Shown here one piece after another: positions 8,716 through 18,138 of a stretch of DNA of 40,231 nucleotides (position 1 is the stretch's first letter; each line of letters starts with the position of its first letter). The notes beneath the pieces were generated by a model that was given only the letters and a program-made list of their open reading frames with translations, made no database searches and was not told the DNA's origin. The position numbers were made by a program, and so were the translations under genes. Source of the DNA: a virus; the IMG/VR virus record IMGVR_UViG_2914868299_000003, one strand, 5' to 3'.

Positions 8716-9876
8716 ATGAGCAGCGCTGCTTCCCCATCCGGCGACCGGCACCACCTCCATGCCCAGCAGCAGGATCCAACCAAGACGAAGACGATCCGAC
8801 AGACGTACGCCCAGCGCCTTCGCGGGGCGTTCGGTCGGATCAACGCCGCAATCACTGAGTCGGTCATCTCCGACGACATCCTCGGTCTGCGCGGCGACGA
8901 TAGTCTTGCGGATGACGAAGCCCAAGAGCTTCTGGACACGTTCGCGGACTATCGAGACTACCACGACCACAGTCGGACCGACCAACTCCAAGCGTCACTC
9001 ACTGCCGCGTTCGAGGCCGAGATCACGGCTGTTGACGAGCCGCCGGATCTCAGCACGGTCCCGCCGGACCAGCGTATCGAGCGCTTCCGGGAGTGGCTCC
9101 AGACCGCGCAGGAGAACGAGGCCCTCGAGGTCATCGATCGCGACGAGAACGTCTGGGTCCGCCGGGCGTACGAGCGTGGCCTCGAGGATGCCGACACGAA
9201 TCTTCGCCAGGCTGGCCTCGACATCGAGCCAACCGATTCCAAGGCGGCCCGGGAGTTGGTCGAGATGCCGGTTCACGAGCGGAAACTGCAGGTCCTGTTC
9301 AGCCGGAACTATGCTGAACTCGAGGGGATCACGAACGAGGTTTCCCGACAGATCACTCGCGAGCTCGCCGACGGGATCGCGGCCGGCGAGAACCCGACGA
9401 AGATGGCGCGCCGGATCACCGACCGCGTCAACAAGATCGGAAAGACGCGCTCGACGGTCCTCGCTCGAACGGAGACCATCAACGCCCACACGCAGTCGAC
9501 GATCGAGCGCTACCGGCAGCAGGGCATCAACTCGGTCGGCCTCGAGCCCGAGGTTCAGGTCCAGACCGCCGGCGACCAGCGCGTCTGCGATCAGTGTGCC
9601 TCGGTCGCCCAGCGCAGCCCCTGGACGCTCGACGAGTTCGAGGGCTCGGAGAACCAGCCGCCGATCCATCCGCAGTGTCGCTGCGCGGTGATCCCGATCG
9701 TGAACGAGGCCGCCGCAGCGGCGCTCGAGGCGCACCCCCACGAGTTCGTCGCGATGTACCGTACTGGTGCGTTCGTCGACGAGTCGCGTGAGCGCTACGA
9801 GGCGCTCGCAGCGACGGACGTCGACGGCGCCCAGGAACTGGTCGCTCACTTCTCACCAACCCAGGCAGCAGCTTGA
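8716..9876 (+). CDS. Minor head / morphogenesis protein (SPP1 gp7 / Mu gpF family)
   Basis: LARTET...H...TAGDQRVCDQC...PPIHPQCRC signature. Confidence 0.93.
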   Translation: MSSAASPSGDRHHLHAQQQDPTKTKTIRQTYAQRLRGAFGRINAAITESVISDDILGLRGDDSLADDEAQELLDTFADYRDYHDHSRTDQLQASLTAAFEAEITAVDEPPDLSTVPPDQRIERFREWLQTAQENEALEVIDRDENVWVRRAYERGLEDADTNLRQAGLDIEPTDSKAARELVEMPVHERKLQVLFSRNYAELEGITNEVSRQITRELADGIAAGENPTKMARRITDRVNKIGKTRSTVLARTETINAHTQSTIERYRQQGINSVGLEPEVQVQTAGDQRVCDQCASVAQRSPWTLDEFEGSENQPPIHPQCRCAVIPIVNEAAAAALEAHPHEFVAMYRTGAFVDESRERYEALAATDVDGAQELVAHFSPTQAAA

Positions 9877-9950
9877 TCCCAGGCCCGATGACCCCCGTAC
9901 GACACCCACCGCGCGAGCGGTGAGGGGCGAGGTCCTGGGCCGATGCAACC

Positions 9951-11609
9951 ATGAAAAACAACGATACGCATGACCTGCGGGTGTCGGCCCGAACGGCTCG
10001 GCTAACCGCAGGTCAAGACGACGATGACGAGCCGCCATGGCGCTTCAGCGGCATCGCGGTCGCTGCTGGGGACATCCTCCACATGGACGACGGGACGCGG
10101 GTCCTGATGACTGCGGAGGAGCTCCAGAAAGCAGCCGAGTCTCAGGCCGGTGAACCGCTCACGACCGACCATCCCGAAGACGACGACGGCCGTCCGGTAT
10201 ACCCGCCGCCGACCGAGGAAACAGTCGGAAAGGTCCCGAAGGCGGGTTGGATCGAGGAAGCGGATGCAGTCGGCTACGAAGCGACGACCCATGATCGGGA
10301 TATCGCCGACGGCGTTCGTGGCGGGACGTACGAAGTCTCTGTCCACCCTCGATTCCAGGTCGAACCGTATGATGATCCCGAGGCCGACGTCAAGGCGTCG
10401 AACATCAAGTTCCTCGACCTCTCCGTGGTCTCGAAGGGCGACAGTCCATCGAACACCGCGGAGTGGGGCCCGAACGAGGCGCTGGCGTCGTTCACGCATT
10501 CCACAGACTTCGGCGACCAGCTGACCGCTGCCTACGATGACGGTGCCGCGGACGACACCGAGAGCCTGGTCGAACGACTGGCTCGGAAGTTCGGGATTAT
10601 CGGCGATCGCGGTGACCGGCGTGGCTTCATCCACGTCGAGCCGCAGACCAGCGACGGCGAAGCGATCCGCGTCGCCGAAGCCGGCTTCGAAGACGCTCAC
10701 TGGATGGCGTGCGCTCACCTCGAGGGTACCGAGTACCCGGACATCGGTCCAGGACTTAGCTCTTCGATTGGCGAGGCCGACGCAGTCTCGGCCGGCGAAC
10801 TCCTCACCGATCAGGCGATCGATCTGGACGAGCCGCTCGAGGAGGATGCCGACGTCTACGTCGCGCTTCACTACGCGAGCGAGGACGGCGAGATGCTGGA
10901 CCTCATCACGAGCGCTGACGGTGGCTACTTCTACGACTCGGCGTTCGTCGGTGTGGCCCCAGCAGAAGCGGACGTCACGGCCGGCACCGACGGTGGACAG
11001 CAGACTGGTACGCAAACGATGGGGGCGGAATCCCCTGTGGACGACTCTCCTACGACAGACATGGACGACAACACCCGAGAGCAGTACATCACGTTCCTGA
11101 CCGCCAACGCGGACTTCGACAAGGAGTCCCTCGAGGCGATGGACGACAACGTACTCGAACAGACGTACGAACTCGCCGCCGAGAACGCCGCCGGTGACGG
11201 TGGCAGCGACGGCGGTAGCAACGACGACCCGGACAACGGCGGCGACGGCAAGACGCTCGGAGAGATGACGCCTGCCGAGGCGAAGGTCGCCCTTGAGGAG
11301 CAGGGCTTCGTCACCGAGGACAACGCCGGCGATCTCGTCGCCCAGGCCCAGGAAGAAGCCACGAAGGGGCAGAAGGTCGACGAGATCATCGCCCACTCCA
11401 ACCAGTACGACGAGGACGACCGCGAGGACCTCATGGCCTCGGCGGACGCGCTCGTCGATCGAGAGCACGATCGCGTCGCCGGCAACGGCGGCATGGGACT
11501 GCCCGGAGCGGCTGGCATCACGGCATCCGCTTCGCCGGCGACGGGCGACGCCGAGGACAACAGCGAGGAAGATCCCGACGAGTACGGTACCGGGGTCGCG
11601 GAGAACTGA
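9951..11609 (+). CDS. Prohead protease/scaffold (DUF2213-like N-terminus) with an internal extra domain
   Basis: FSGIAVAAGD...PLTTDHP...EVSVHP...FLDLSVVSKGD; acidic helical C-terminus; located between gp7 and capsid genes. Confidence 0.8.
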   Translation: MKNNDTHDLRVSARTARLTAGQDDDDEPPWRFSGIAVAAGDILHMDDGTRVLMTAEELQKAAESQAGEPLTTDHPEDDDGRPVYPPPTEETVGKVPKAGWIEEADAVGYEATTHDRDIADGVRGGTYEVSVHPRFQVEPYDDPEADVKASNIKFLDLSVVSKGDSPSNTAEWGPNEALASFTHSTDFGDQLTAAYDDGAADDTESLVERLARKFGIIGDRGDRRGFIHVEPQTSDGEAIRVAEAGFEDAHWMACAHLEGTEYPDIGPGLSSSIGEADAVSAGELLTDQAIDLDEPLEEDADVYVALHYASEDGEMLDLITSADGGYFYDSAFVGVAPAEADVTAGTDGGQQTGTQTMGAESPVDDSPTTDMDDNTREQYITFLTANADFDKESLEAMDDNVLEQTYELAAENAAGDGGSDGGSNDDPDNGGDGKTLGEMTPAEAKVALEEQGFVTEDNAGDLVAQAQEEATKGQKVDEIIAHSNQYDEDDREDLMASADALVDREHDRVAGNGGMGLPGAAGITASASPATGDAEDNSEEDPDEYGTGVAEN

Positions 11610-11619
11610 GGTGAGATAG

Positions 11620-12111
11620 ATGACGAAACTCAACACGCAGACGTCGGTTCTCGCACAGACGAACGACGCCGAAGACTACGACGACGACGAGGCCCTTGAG
11701 GAACTCGAGCCCGGCCAGGGCGTCGTTCGTGGAGCTGGCGGCTACACGGCTGCCGGCGCCGACTCGAAGACCAAGCGCGTCGTTCGCGAACAGCGCAACC
11801 CTGGCAGCCGCGGGGTCGGAACGAACCAGAGCCCGCTGGAGATCACCTACCCGGCGGGATCGAACGTCGAGACGATCGGCTTCCAGAGCCACGACGAGGC
11901 CCGGGCCCTCGTCGCCTACGCCGACGTCGACGGCGACGGCACCGACGACACCTACACCGAGGGCGCCGAACTCGGCTGGAACGCCAACGGCTACCTCGAG
12001 GTCATCAGTGGCGGCTCGCCGACCGAGGCGGTCGCGACGATCGCGGACGAGGACGGCGTGACGATGAGCAGCGGCGACGACCCGACCCACGTTCTCGTGG
12101 AGTTCTACTGA
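11620..12111 (+). CDS. Capsid decoration/cement protein
   Basis: Located just before the MCP; Gly-rich beta pattern (LEPGQGVV...). Confidence 0.7.
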   Translation: MTKLNTQTSVLAQTNDAEDYDDDEALEELEPGQGVVRGAGGYTAAGADSKTKRVVREQRNPGSRGVGTNQSPLEITYPAGSNVETIGFQSHDEARALVAYADVDGDGTDDTYTEGAELGWNANGYLEVISGGSPTEAVATIADEDGVTMSSGDDPTHVLVEFY

Positions 12112-12122
12112 GGTGAGAACTC

Positions 12123-13274
12123 ATGGCAACTACTGATAGCGTTACGCAGCACGACCCGCAGATGGCCGAAGAGTTCGAGGGGGCGTCGCGCCTCCACGAA
12201 ACAGCGCTGTTCAACCCGGTCAGAAAACAGCGTGAACAGGCGTGGAAGCAGATTCGCGCCCAGTCCCCGCTCGGTCCCGACATGTGGGATGAGCTCGATC
12301 AGGCGATCGGGATCAAGCAGCCGTCGGCGGAACTGACTGCCGACTCCGCGATGCAAGTCGACTCCTGGCAGGAGTACGCGGAGACCATCCTCGACGACCA
12401 GTTCGTCCAGTCGACGGTCATCGACCAGCTGATCGGTGCCGGCTTCGGCGTCAGCGCGAGCCTCTTCCGCTACGCGTACTTCGACCGCCTCCGCGCCACC
12501 CGCCTCGAGGCCAACCGGAGCATGAACGCGCGGGCCCGAAGCGTCCAGGAGATGCCCGCGAACGCACTCCACGGCGTCCCGCTCTGGATCCACCACGTCG
12601 ACTACGAGTTCGACAGCCGCGAGGTCCAGAACGCGATGCAGTTCGGCGACGATCTCGACACCAGCGTCGGCCAGGAGGCTCGCCGAGCGCTCAACCGCTC
12701 GGAGCACGGCCTCCTCTGGAACGGCGAAGGTCGCGAGATTCCGACCGACCGCGGCACCCTCGCGGCAACGGGCCTCGACTCCGACGCCGATCTCATCCTG
12801 CAGGCCAGCGGCTCGAACGGCTGGGTCAACAGCCCGGAAGAGATCCTCGCCGACTTCAAGGAACTCCACGACACCGTCGAGGATCAGACCGATGTTCAGG
12901 ATCAGGACGACGTCCCGCTGGTCTCCGAGGTCGGCGGCTGGATCTTCGTCCCCCGCGCCCTGTGGGGCGAGGTCGACCGCGAGGACTACGAGACCTCCGC
13001 GACCGACGAGCCGATCATGGAGCGCCTCGAGCGGAAGTACCCGTACCTCAACATCGTCCCGGCGCCGCGCCTGGACGCCGACAGCGCGATCCTGCTGCTG
13101 AACGATCCGCGGTACTTCCAGATGGTCGTCGCCCAGGGCGTCACGAACACGAACTGGGAGGTCGACGGTGGATTTGGGTTGCGTAACAAAACTCTGTCAA
13201 GTAGGACCCCCTTCGTTCGCCGTTCTCCTGACGGAGTCCGGGGTATTGCCCGAATCACGGGAATCAACGCGTAA
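12123..13274 (+). CDS. Major capsid protein (HK97 fold, encapsulin/DUF2184-like)
   Basis: 383 aa; position; VPLWIHHVDYEFDSREV...ALNRSEHGLLWNG pattern. Confidence 0.88.
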   Translation: MATTDSVTQHDPQMAEEFEGASRLHETALFNPVRKQREQAWKQIRAQSPLGPDMWDELDQAIGIKQPSAELTADSAMQVDSWQEYAETILDDQFVQSTVIDQLIGAGFGVSASLFRYAYFDRLRATRLEANRSMNARARSVQEMPANALHGVPLWIHHVDYEFDSREVQNAMQFGDDLDTSVGQEARRALNRSEHGLLWNGEGREIPTDRGTLAATGLDSDADLILQASGSNGWVNSPEEILADFKELHDTVEDQTDVQDQDDVPLVSEVGGWIFVPRALWGEVDREDYETSATDEPIMERLERKYPYLNIVPAPRLDADSAILLLNDPRYFQMVVAQGVTNTNWEVDGGFGLRNKTLSSRTPFVRRSPDGVRGIARITGINA

Positions 13275-13306
13275 ACAACACCTGTTGGGAGATCGGTGGT
13301 AATTAT

Positions 13307-14281
13307 ATGACAGTAGCACGAATGACGTGTATGAAGTACCCGTGGCGAGACGCCGATACGCTCTGCAAACTCTACCACGATGAAGGACTCTCCCAACGTG
13401 AGATCGCTAACCGGTTGGACACTGACCCGTCGGTTATCAACGACTGGATGCAACGGCACGGGATCAAATCCCGTGACCGCACTGAAGCAACCCAGAACGC
13501 GGTCGAATCAGATGCCCCGTGGACAGACGAAGATACCCTCCGCAAACTCTACGTGGAGGAGCGGTTGAGTCAGCCGGAGATCGCCGAACGGCTCGGATGC
13601 AGTGATAGTACTGTGTCGAACTGGATTCGCCGTCATGGTATCAAGCGTCCGTGGCAAGACGAAGACCGGATGAGGGAGTTGTATGCTGAGGAGCAACTGT
13701 CGCAGGCTGAAATCGCTGACCGCCTGGACTGTGGTGTCTCCACCATCGAGACGTGGATGAACCGCCACGGCATTACAGGGCGGGAGAACGGCGAATCTGT
13801 CCAACTATCGCTGCTACCTGGACCGGCGTACGAGGTCCTAACCGATGAGGACGAACTCCGACACCTCTACGAAAAGGAGGGGCTCGACACCTACCAAATC
13901 GCCGATCTACTCAACGTCGGTTCGTCGACGGTGTCGGACTACACTCGTCGCTACGGGATCACTAACGGCCAACTAAGCGGCGAGGACCATCCGATGTGGG
14001 AGGGTGGCCAGGTCCATTACTACGGGCCGAACTGGCCCGAGCAACGGGAAAAGCGCCTCGAGCGTGACGATCACCAGTGTGTGGTCTGTGGCGTCTCGGA
14101 ATCGGAGTACCGTGACCGGACGGGGCGCGATCTCGACGTCCACCACATCCGACCTCGTCGAGAGTTCGTCGACGATGATGGTCTCGATCATGAAGCGGCG
14201 AACAGGCTCGACAATCTCATCACGCTCTGCCGCTCCTGCCACGCGAAGTGGGAGGGGATACCGCTGAAACCAGAATCATGA
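13307..14281 (+). CDS. Free-standing HNH homing endonuclease with tandem HTH repeats (true start may be ATG 13331)
   Basis: Four repeats of LRxLYxxExLSQxEIAxRLxC...W..RHGI; GEDHPMWEGG; CVVC...LDVHHI...NLITLCRSCH. Confidence 0.92.
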   Translation: MTVARMTCMKYPWRDADTLCKLYHDEGLSQREIANRLDTDPSVINDWMQRHGIKSRDRTEATQNAVESDAPWTDEDTLRKLYVEERLSQPEIAERLGCSDSTVSNWIRRHGIKRPWQDEDRMRELYAEEQLSQAEIADRLDCGVSTIETWMNRHGITGRENGESVQLSLLPGPAYEVLTDEDELRHLYEKEGLDTYQIADLLNVGSSTVSDYTRRYGITNGQLSGEDHPMWEGGQVHYYGPNWPEQREKRLERDDHQCVVCGVSESEYRDRTGRDLDVHHIRPRREFVDDDGLDHEAANRLDNLITLCRSCHAKWEGIPLKPES

Positions 14282-14315
14282 CTACACACACACACAACAC
14301 ACGGAGGAATAGACC

Positions 14316-14504
14316 ATGACAAGAACAACCATCTACAAAGGCCAGCCGTGGGATGACGAGCATGAAGTCCTCGCCGACCTCTTCCACAACCACGGCGACG
14401 GTACGCGGGCTGTAACCGTCGAAACGACAGACGGTGAAGAGTTCCACATCCCCGAGGACGAAGCTGTCGACATCTACATCGACGGTGAGGAGGTCGAGGA
14501 CTAA
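14316..14504 (+). CDS. Small acidic hypothetical protein
   Basis: Preceded by GGAGG; TAATG coupling to the next gene. Confidence 0.7.
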   Translation: MTRTTIYKGQPWDDEHEVLADLFHNHGDGTRAVTVETTDGEEFHIPEDEAVDIYIDGEEVED

Positions 14505-14875
14505 TGCCAGAAACTACAGTCACTGTCCGGGTCGCCGGCGCACAGTTCCGGTTCGACCGTGAGCAGTACACTCGTGGCGACGAGCTTGAGGTCCCCGAAC
14601 GGATCGTCGGTCGCCACCCGCGCACGCTCGAGATCGTTGATGACGTCAACGGCGACGAGGAGGCCGCCGATGCCGGGGACGGCACCGACGAGCTGACCGT
14701 CGACGATCTCGATCCTCACCCGAAGGATCTCGACGTCCCAGGGCTGGAAGATCGCATTGCGGATGTCGACGATGTCAGCCTCCTCGAGACGATCAAGGAG
14801 GCCGAGAAGCAGAACGACGATCGTACGACCGCGAAGAACGCGATCGACTCGCGACTGAACGAACTCGAGGGGTAA
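14504..14875 (+). CDS. Head-associated protein with small helical C-terminal domain
   Basis: Follows the capsid module; C-terminal E...DRTTAKNAIDSRL pattern. Confidence 0.7.
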   Translation: MPETTVTVRVAGAQFRFDREQYTRGDELEVPERIVGRHPRTLEIVDDVNGDEEAADAGDGTDELTVDDLDPHPKDLDVPGLEDRIADVDDVSLLETIKEAEKQNDDRTTAKNAIDSRLNELEG

Positions 14876-14878
14876 CGG

Positions 14879-15238
14879 ATGGCCACCGCAACGCCGACGG
14901 ACGTCCGCCTCGAGATCGACACGAACCTGGGCGACGAGAAGATCCAGAAGGTCATCGAGCGCAAGGCTCGCGATATAGATCGCGATGACAACGTCGGCGG
15001 CCTCGATGAGCCAGACCGGTGCGACCTCGAGGCCGTGCTGGCAGCGCTGCACATCGCGACGAAACTCGACCGGGCGGCCAGCAGCCAACAGGTCGGGAAC
15101 GCACAGAAGTCCTACGAAGAATCGTCCGTCGACGAACTCCGAGCTGACGCTCGCCGGCTCGGGGCGACGGACGAACTGCTGGGAATCGGTGCGATGAACA
15201 AGACCGCGTCGATCGGCGTCCCCGACACGAGGGGCTGA
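14879..15238 (+). CDS. Head-tail connector (adaptor)
   Basis: Position and size; ATPTDV...LAALHIA...QQVGNAQKSY pattern. Confidence 0.7.
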   Translation: MATATPTDVRLEIDTNLGDEKIQKVIERKARDIDRDDNVGGLDEPDRCDLEAVLAALHIATKLDRAASSQQVGNAQKSYEESSVDELRADARRLGATDELLGIGAMNKTASIGVPDTRG

Positions 15239-15246
15239 CTTGACCC

Positions 15247-15693
15247 ATGCTTTCTGGCTTCGAAAACGACGAGGCGGTGTTCTTCGTCGAGCGCCAGGTC
15301 GGATCCGAAGAGGGTCCGTACGGCGAGACCGAGCCGGTCTACGAGTGGGTACCGCTGTCGCTTGAGGACGACCAGTGGGACTACGTCGACGGCGAGGTCG
15401 TCTACGACGAGGCCGATGTCGAGGCCGCCGAGATACGGTCCGAGCAGCGCAGCGCCGAGTACATCCGCGAGGTCTACTCGGAATGGCCGCAGGAGGTCTA
15501 CCGGCTGTACGTCGATCCAGTGGACGTCGGCTCGATCACGGGGGGTAACTACGAACTCGAGATCGAGGCTGACGACCGCGTCGACCTCGCGAGCGCCGAC
15601 GGTCGGTTCGCGGCCCAGCCGCCGAACGTCCAGCGGCTCGACTCGGCCGTTCCAGAGCACGTCGAACTCGAAGTAACGAGAGTGGAGGTCTGA
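15247..15693 (+). CDS. Head closure (stopper) protein, putative
   Basis: Position; beta-rich 148 aa. Confidence 0.6.
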   Translation: MLSGFENDEAVFFVERQVGSEEGPYGETEPVYEWVPLSLEDDQWDYVDGEVVYDEADVEAAEIRSEQRSAEYIREVYSEWPQEVYRLYVDPVDVGSITGGNYELEIEADDRVDLASADGRFAAQPPNVQRLDSAVPEHVELEVTRVEV

Positions 15694-15695
15694 CG

Positions 15696-16082
15696 ATGGA
15701 CGTCAACCTCGACTTCGAGAGCGGCTTCGCCCCTGAGGGCGCCCAGGAGGCCTTCGAGAGCATGGTCGAGAGCGCTGACGACCAGCTCATGGAGCGGATG
15801 GAAGAGGCCGAGCAGAACATCCAGAAAGAGGCCCAGCAGCGCTCCCCCGTCGACACCGGGAACCTCCGGGCCTCGTGGACGGGGCTGACCGAGGCCCGAC
15901 GCGGGACGATCATGACCGAGGTCGGCAACACCACCGACTACGCCGAATACGTCGAGCGAGGGACCAGCAAGATGGCCGCGCAACCGATGCTCCGGCCGGC
16001 GCTGGACCGCGAGCAGATGGCGCTGATCCGCGACATCGAGCAGCTCGTCTTCCGCGTCGCTGCGAAGGAGGGCAACGCATGA
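15696..16082 (+). CDS. HK97 gp10-like tail completion protein
   Basis: SPVDTGNLRASW...YAEYVERGTSKMAAQPMLRPA signature. Confidence 0.92.
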   Translation: MDVNLDFESGFAPEGAQEAFESMVESADDQLMERMEEAEQNIQKEAQQRSPVDTGNLRASWTGLTEARRGTIMTEVGNTTDYAEYVERGTSKMAAQPMLRPALDREQMALIRDIEQLVFRVAAKEGNA

Positions 16083-16207
16083 CCGACGTCTCCGACCTCA
16101 CCGTCACGCTCGAGATCAAACGGGTCTGGACGTGGCCGTCACTCGGCCGCGCGCTCGTCGTCGGCGCGATCAACGGCGAAGAGCGGATCATGGAGTTCGA
16201 TCTATGA
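16079..16207 (+). CDS. Small hypothetical protein (42 aa)
   Basis: ATGA overlaps at both ends. Confidence 0.55.
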   Translation: MTDVSDLTVTLEIKRVWTWPSLGRALVVGAINGEERIMEFDL

Positions 16208-16635
16208 CATATGGACTTCATGACGCCCTTAGAGATACGGTCGTCGACCTGCGGAACTACGACGATCTCGTCGCGCTCCTCGAGGACACCAGCGCGATCG
16301 ACGAGGGCTGGCCGAAGGATCCCCAGGAGTACCCGGTCGTCGTCCGCGTCCAGCCGGTCACGGAGACCTCGAACTCCCAGCGTGAGTTCTCGACGATCGA
16401 GCGGCAGTTCCGGCTGCAGGTCTCGGTCGTCGCGAAGGACTCCTGGCGCTCCGAGCAGGACGCCCCGACCTTCCGGATGGCCGAGATCATGGCGGCGGTC
16501 GCCGACCGACTCGACGTCGCCGTCGACGCGCCGGAACTGCTGCCCAGTGGTACCGACTCGAGCAGCTGGACCGAGGTCACCGGCGACCGCCTCGCGCTCA
16601 TCCAGGACTGGCTGACGACGACCTACACGCGATAG
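16204..16635 (+). CDS. Tail terminator-like protein
   Basis: Follows gp10-like gene; YPVVV...RQFRLQVSV pattern. Confidence 0.7.
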   Translation: MTYGLHDALRDTVVDLRNYDDLVALLEDTSAIDEGWPKDPQEYPVVVRVQPVTETSNSQREFSTIERQFRLQVSVVAKDSWRSEQDAPTFRMAEIMAAVADRLDVAVDAPELLPSGTDSSSWTEVTGDRLALIQDWLTTTYTR

Positions 16636-16638
16636 ACC

Positions 16639-16782
16639 ATGCCATCAGGAGAGATCTCCCGCGGTCCAACCGCGCACGTCGACGCACAGCTCACCAACGC
16701 CCAGCCCGACGCGGCGTTCGGTCGAGACGACACTGGCCGAGTGACCGGCCGACTGGCCATCTACGGCCCCGGAGAACCATAA
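16639..16782 (+). CDS. Small hypothetical protein (47 aa), absent from the ORF track
   Basis: MPSGEISRGPTAHVDAQLTNAQPDAAFGRDDTGRVTGRLAIYGPGEP fills the gap exactly. Confidence 0.5.
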   Translation: MPSGEISRGPTAHVDAQLTNAQPDAAFGRDDTGRVTGRLAIYGPGEP

Positions 16783-16783
16783 C

Positions 16784-17095
16784 ATGACCATCAAATCAGC
16801 TTACGCCGGCGAAGACGTCCCGCTCGAGGTCTCGTACACAGACTCGAACGGGGCGATCGACCCGGACGACCAGGGTAGTGACGGCACTCCCGACGCCGAG
16901 ATCACGATCACCGACAACAGCGACGGGACCGAAGTGGTCTCGGCGCAGTCGATGACGAACACGGCGACCGGCGAGTTCGAGTTCGTCTGGGACACCAGCG
17001 CTGCGAACGGTCCCGGAACGTACCGCGTCGAGATCACCGCCGAGTTCGGCGGAGAAACGAAGATCAACCGATCGCAGATCCAACTCAAGGAGTAA
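16784..17095 (+). CDS. Small Ig-like (BppU-like) virion protein
   Basis: Beta-strand pattern, TGEFEFVWDT...PGTYRVEI. Confidence 0.65.
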   Translation: MTIKSAYAGEDVPLEVSYTDSNGAIDPDDQGSDGTPDAEITITDNSDGTEVVSAQSMTNTATGEFEFVWDTSAANGPGTYRVEITAEFGGETKINRSQIQLKE

Positions 17096-17098
17096 CCT

Positions 17099-17626
17099 AT
17101 GGCACAAGAAATTACAAGTCAATTAGAGGTTGAGGGCAGCGTTGTCGCCGTCCTCCACGTCGACGAAAGTGGCACCGATCCCGTTCGAACTGTTCTCGGG
17201 AACTGTACGAAGGACGATTTGTCCATCAGTACTGACGAATCCAGCGAAGACTTCAACCCCGGCTCGCAACGCCGGACGAAGCGCTACCGGACGAACAACA
17301 CGATCGACGTCGAGGTCGCCTCGGCGATCGCGCCGGATCTGGCCGCCCTCGAGAAGGTCGGCATCGTCGACAGCGACGGCAAGATCACGTTCGACAGCGC
17401 CGACCGGAAGACACTGGCGTCGGACGACGAGTACATCGAAATCGCGTACTTCGATCACGAACCCGACTATTCGTCGGTCGACATCGAAGCCGACTCCGAA
17501 CTCCTCCACCGCTTCGAGGACTGCGAGTTGACGAGCCCTGAAGTCGATCCAAGCGCGACGCCCCCGACTGCGTCGTGGACATGGTGGGTGGAAGGAGGAT
17601 TTTACCTGGACTTCTCGAGCGCCTGA
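17099..17626 (+). CDS. Major tail (tube) protein
   Basis: Upstream of the chaperone; LGNCTKDDLSISTDE pattern; 175 aa. Confidence 0.75.
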   Translation: MAQEITSQLEVEGSVVAVLHVDESGTDPVRTVLGNCTKDDLSISTDESSEDFNPGSQRRTKRYRTNNTIDVEVASAIAPDLAALEKVGIVDSDGKITFDSADRKTLASDDEYIEIAYFDHEPDYSSVDIEADSELLHRFEDCELTSPEVDPSATPPTASWTWWVEGGFYLDFSSA

Positions 17627-17640
17627 TCTGAGGTGACACG

Positions 17641-18138
17641 ATGAGTAGCACTATCTCGAACGCAGACGCAGCGAATCAAGCACTCGAGGCACAGCGCGAG
17701 AAAGAACGCGAACAGCAGCGCGAGACGGCCGAACTGTACGGCAAGGCTCAGGACCTCTTCGACGCCCGTTCGCGAGACACGTTCACCGTCGAACGCCATG
17801 GCGTGGAGATCGAGTTTCTCTACCCCGATCCCGAAACACAGCAGGAGTTCGAGGACCGTCAGCAGGCTGTCCTCGAGAAGGCACAGGACGATGCTGATCT
17901 CTTCGACCTCCTCGAGGAGGCAGAGGTCGGCATCGAGCAGATGGAAGAGACCCTCTCCGAACACGCCGTCGACCCGTCGTTCAACGACCCGTCGGTCTGG
18001 CGTGAAACGATCGGGTTCACAGAGGATGAGATCTCAACCCTCTACCAAGATTTTTTGGCGCTTGGCGAAGGCGAGGAAGAAAGCAGGAGGCTCGAGATGT
18101 TGCAGAGTCTTCTATCGGACGGTTCCTCGAGTGGCTGA
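17641..18138 (+). CDS. Tail assembly chaperone (gpG-like)
   Basis: Follows the tail tube; helical and acidic; contains a slippery heptamer. Confidence 0.8.
   Translation: MSSTISNADAANQALEAQREKEREQQRETAELYGKAQDLFDARSRDTFTVERHGVEIEFLYPDPETQQEFEDRQQAVLEKAQDDADLFDLLEEAEVGIEQMEETLSEHAVDPSFNDPSVWRETIGFTEDEISTLYQDFLALGEGEEESRRLEMLQSLLSDGSSSG

Noticed and set aside
10002-11636. Long antisense ORFs (also 4511..5572, 6391..7632, 7771..8991, 23646..24824, 27959..29224)
   Set aside because: Typical antisense shadows of GC-rich acidic genes (V/L/R-rich); no motifs.
13340-13970. Periodic repeats suggesting a CRISPR-like array
   Set aside because: They are in-frame HTH protein repeats, degenerate at the DNA level; no repeat-spacer array was seen anywhere.
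14281-14302. (AC)n-like tract after the HNH gene
   Set aside because: Short, intergenic, C/A-rich spacer before an SD; no evidence of phase variation.
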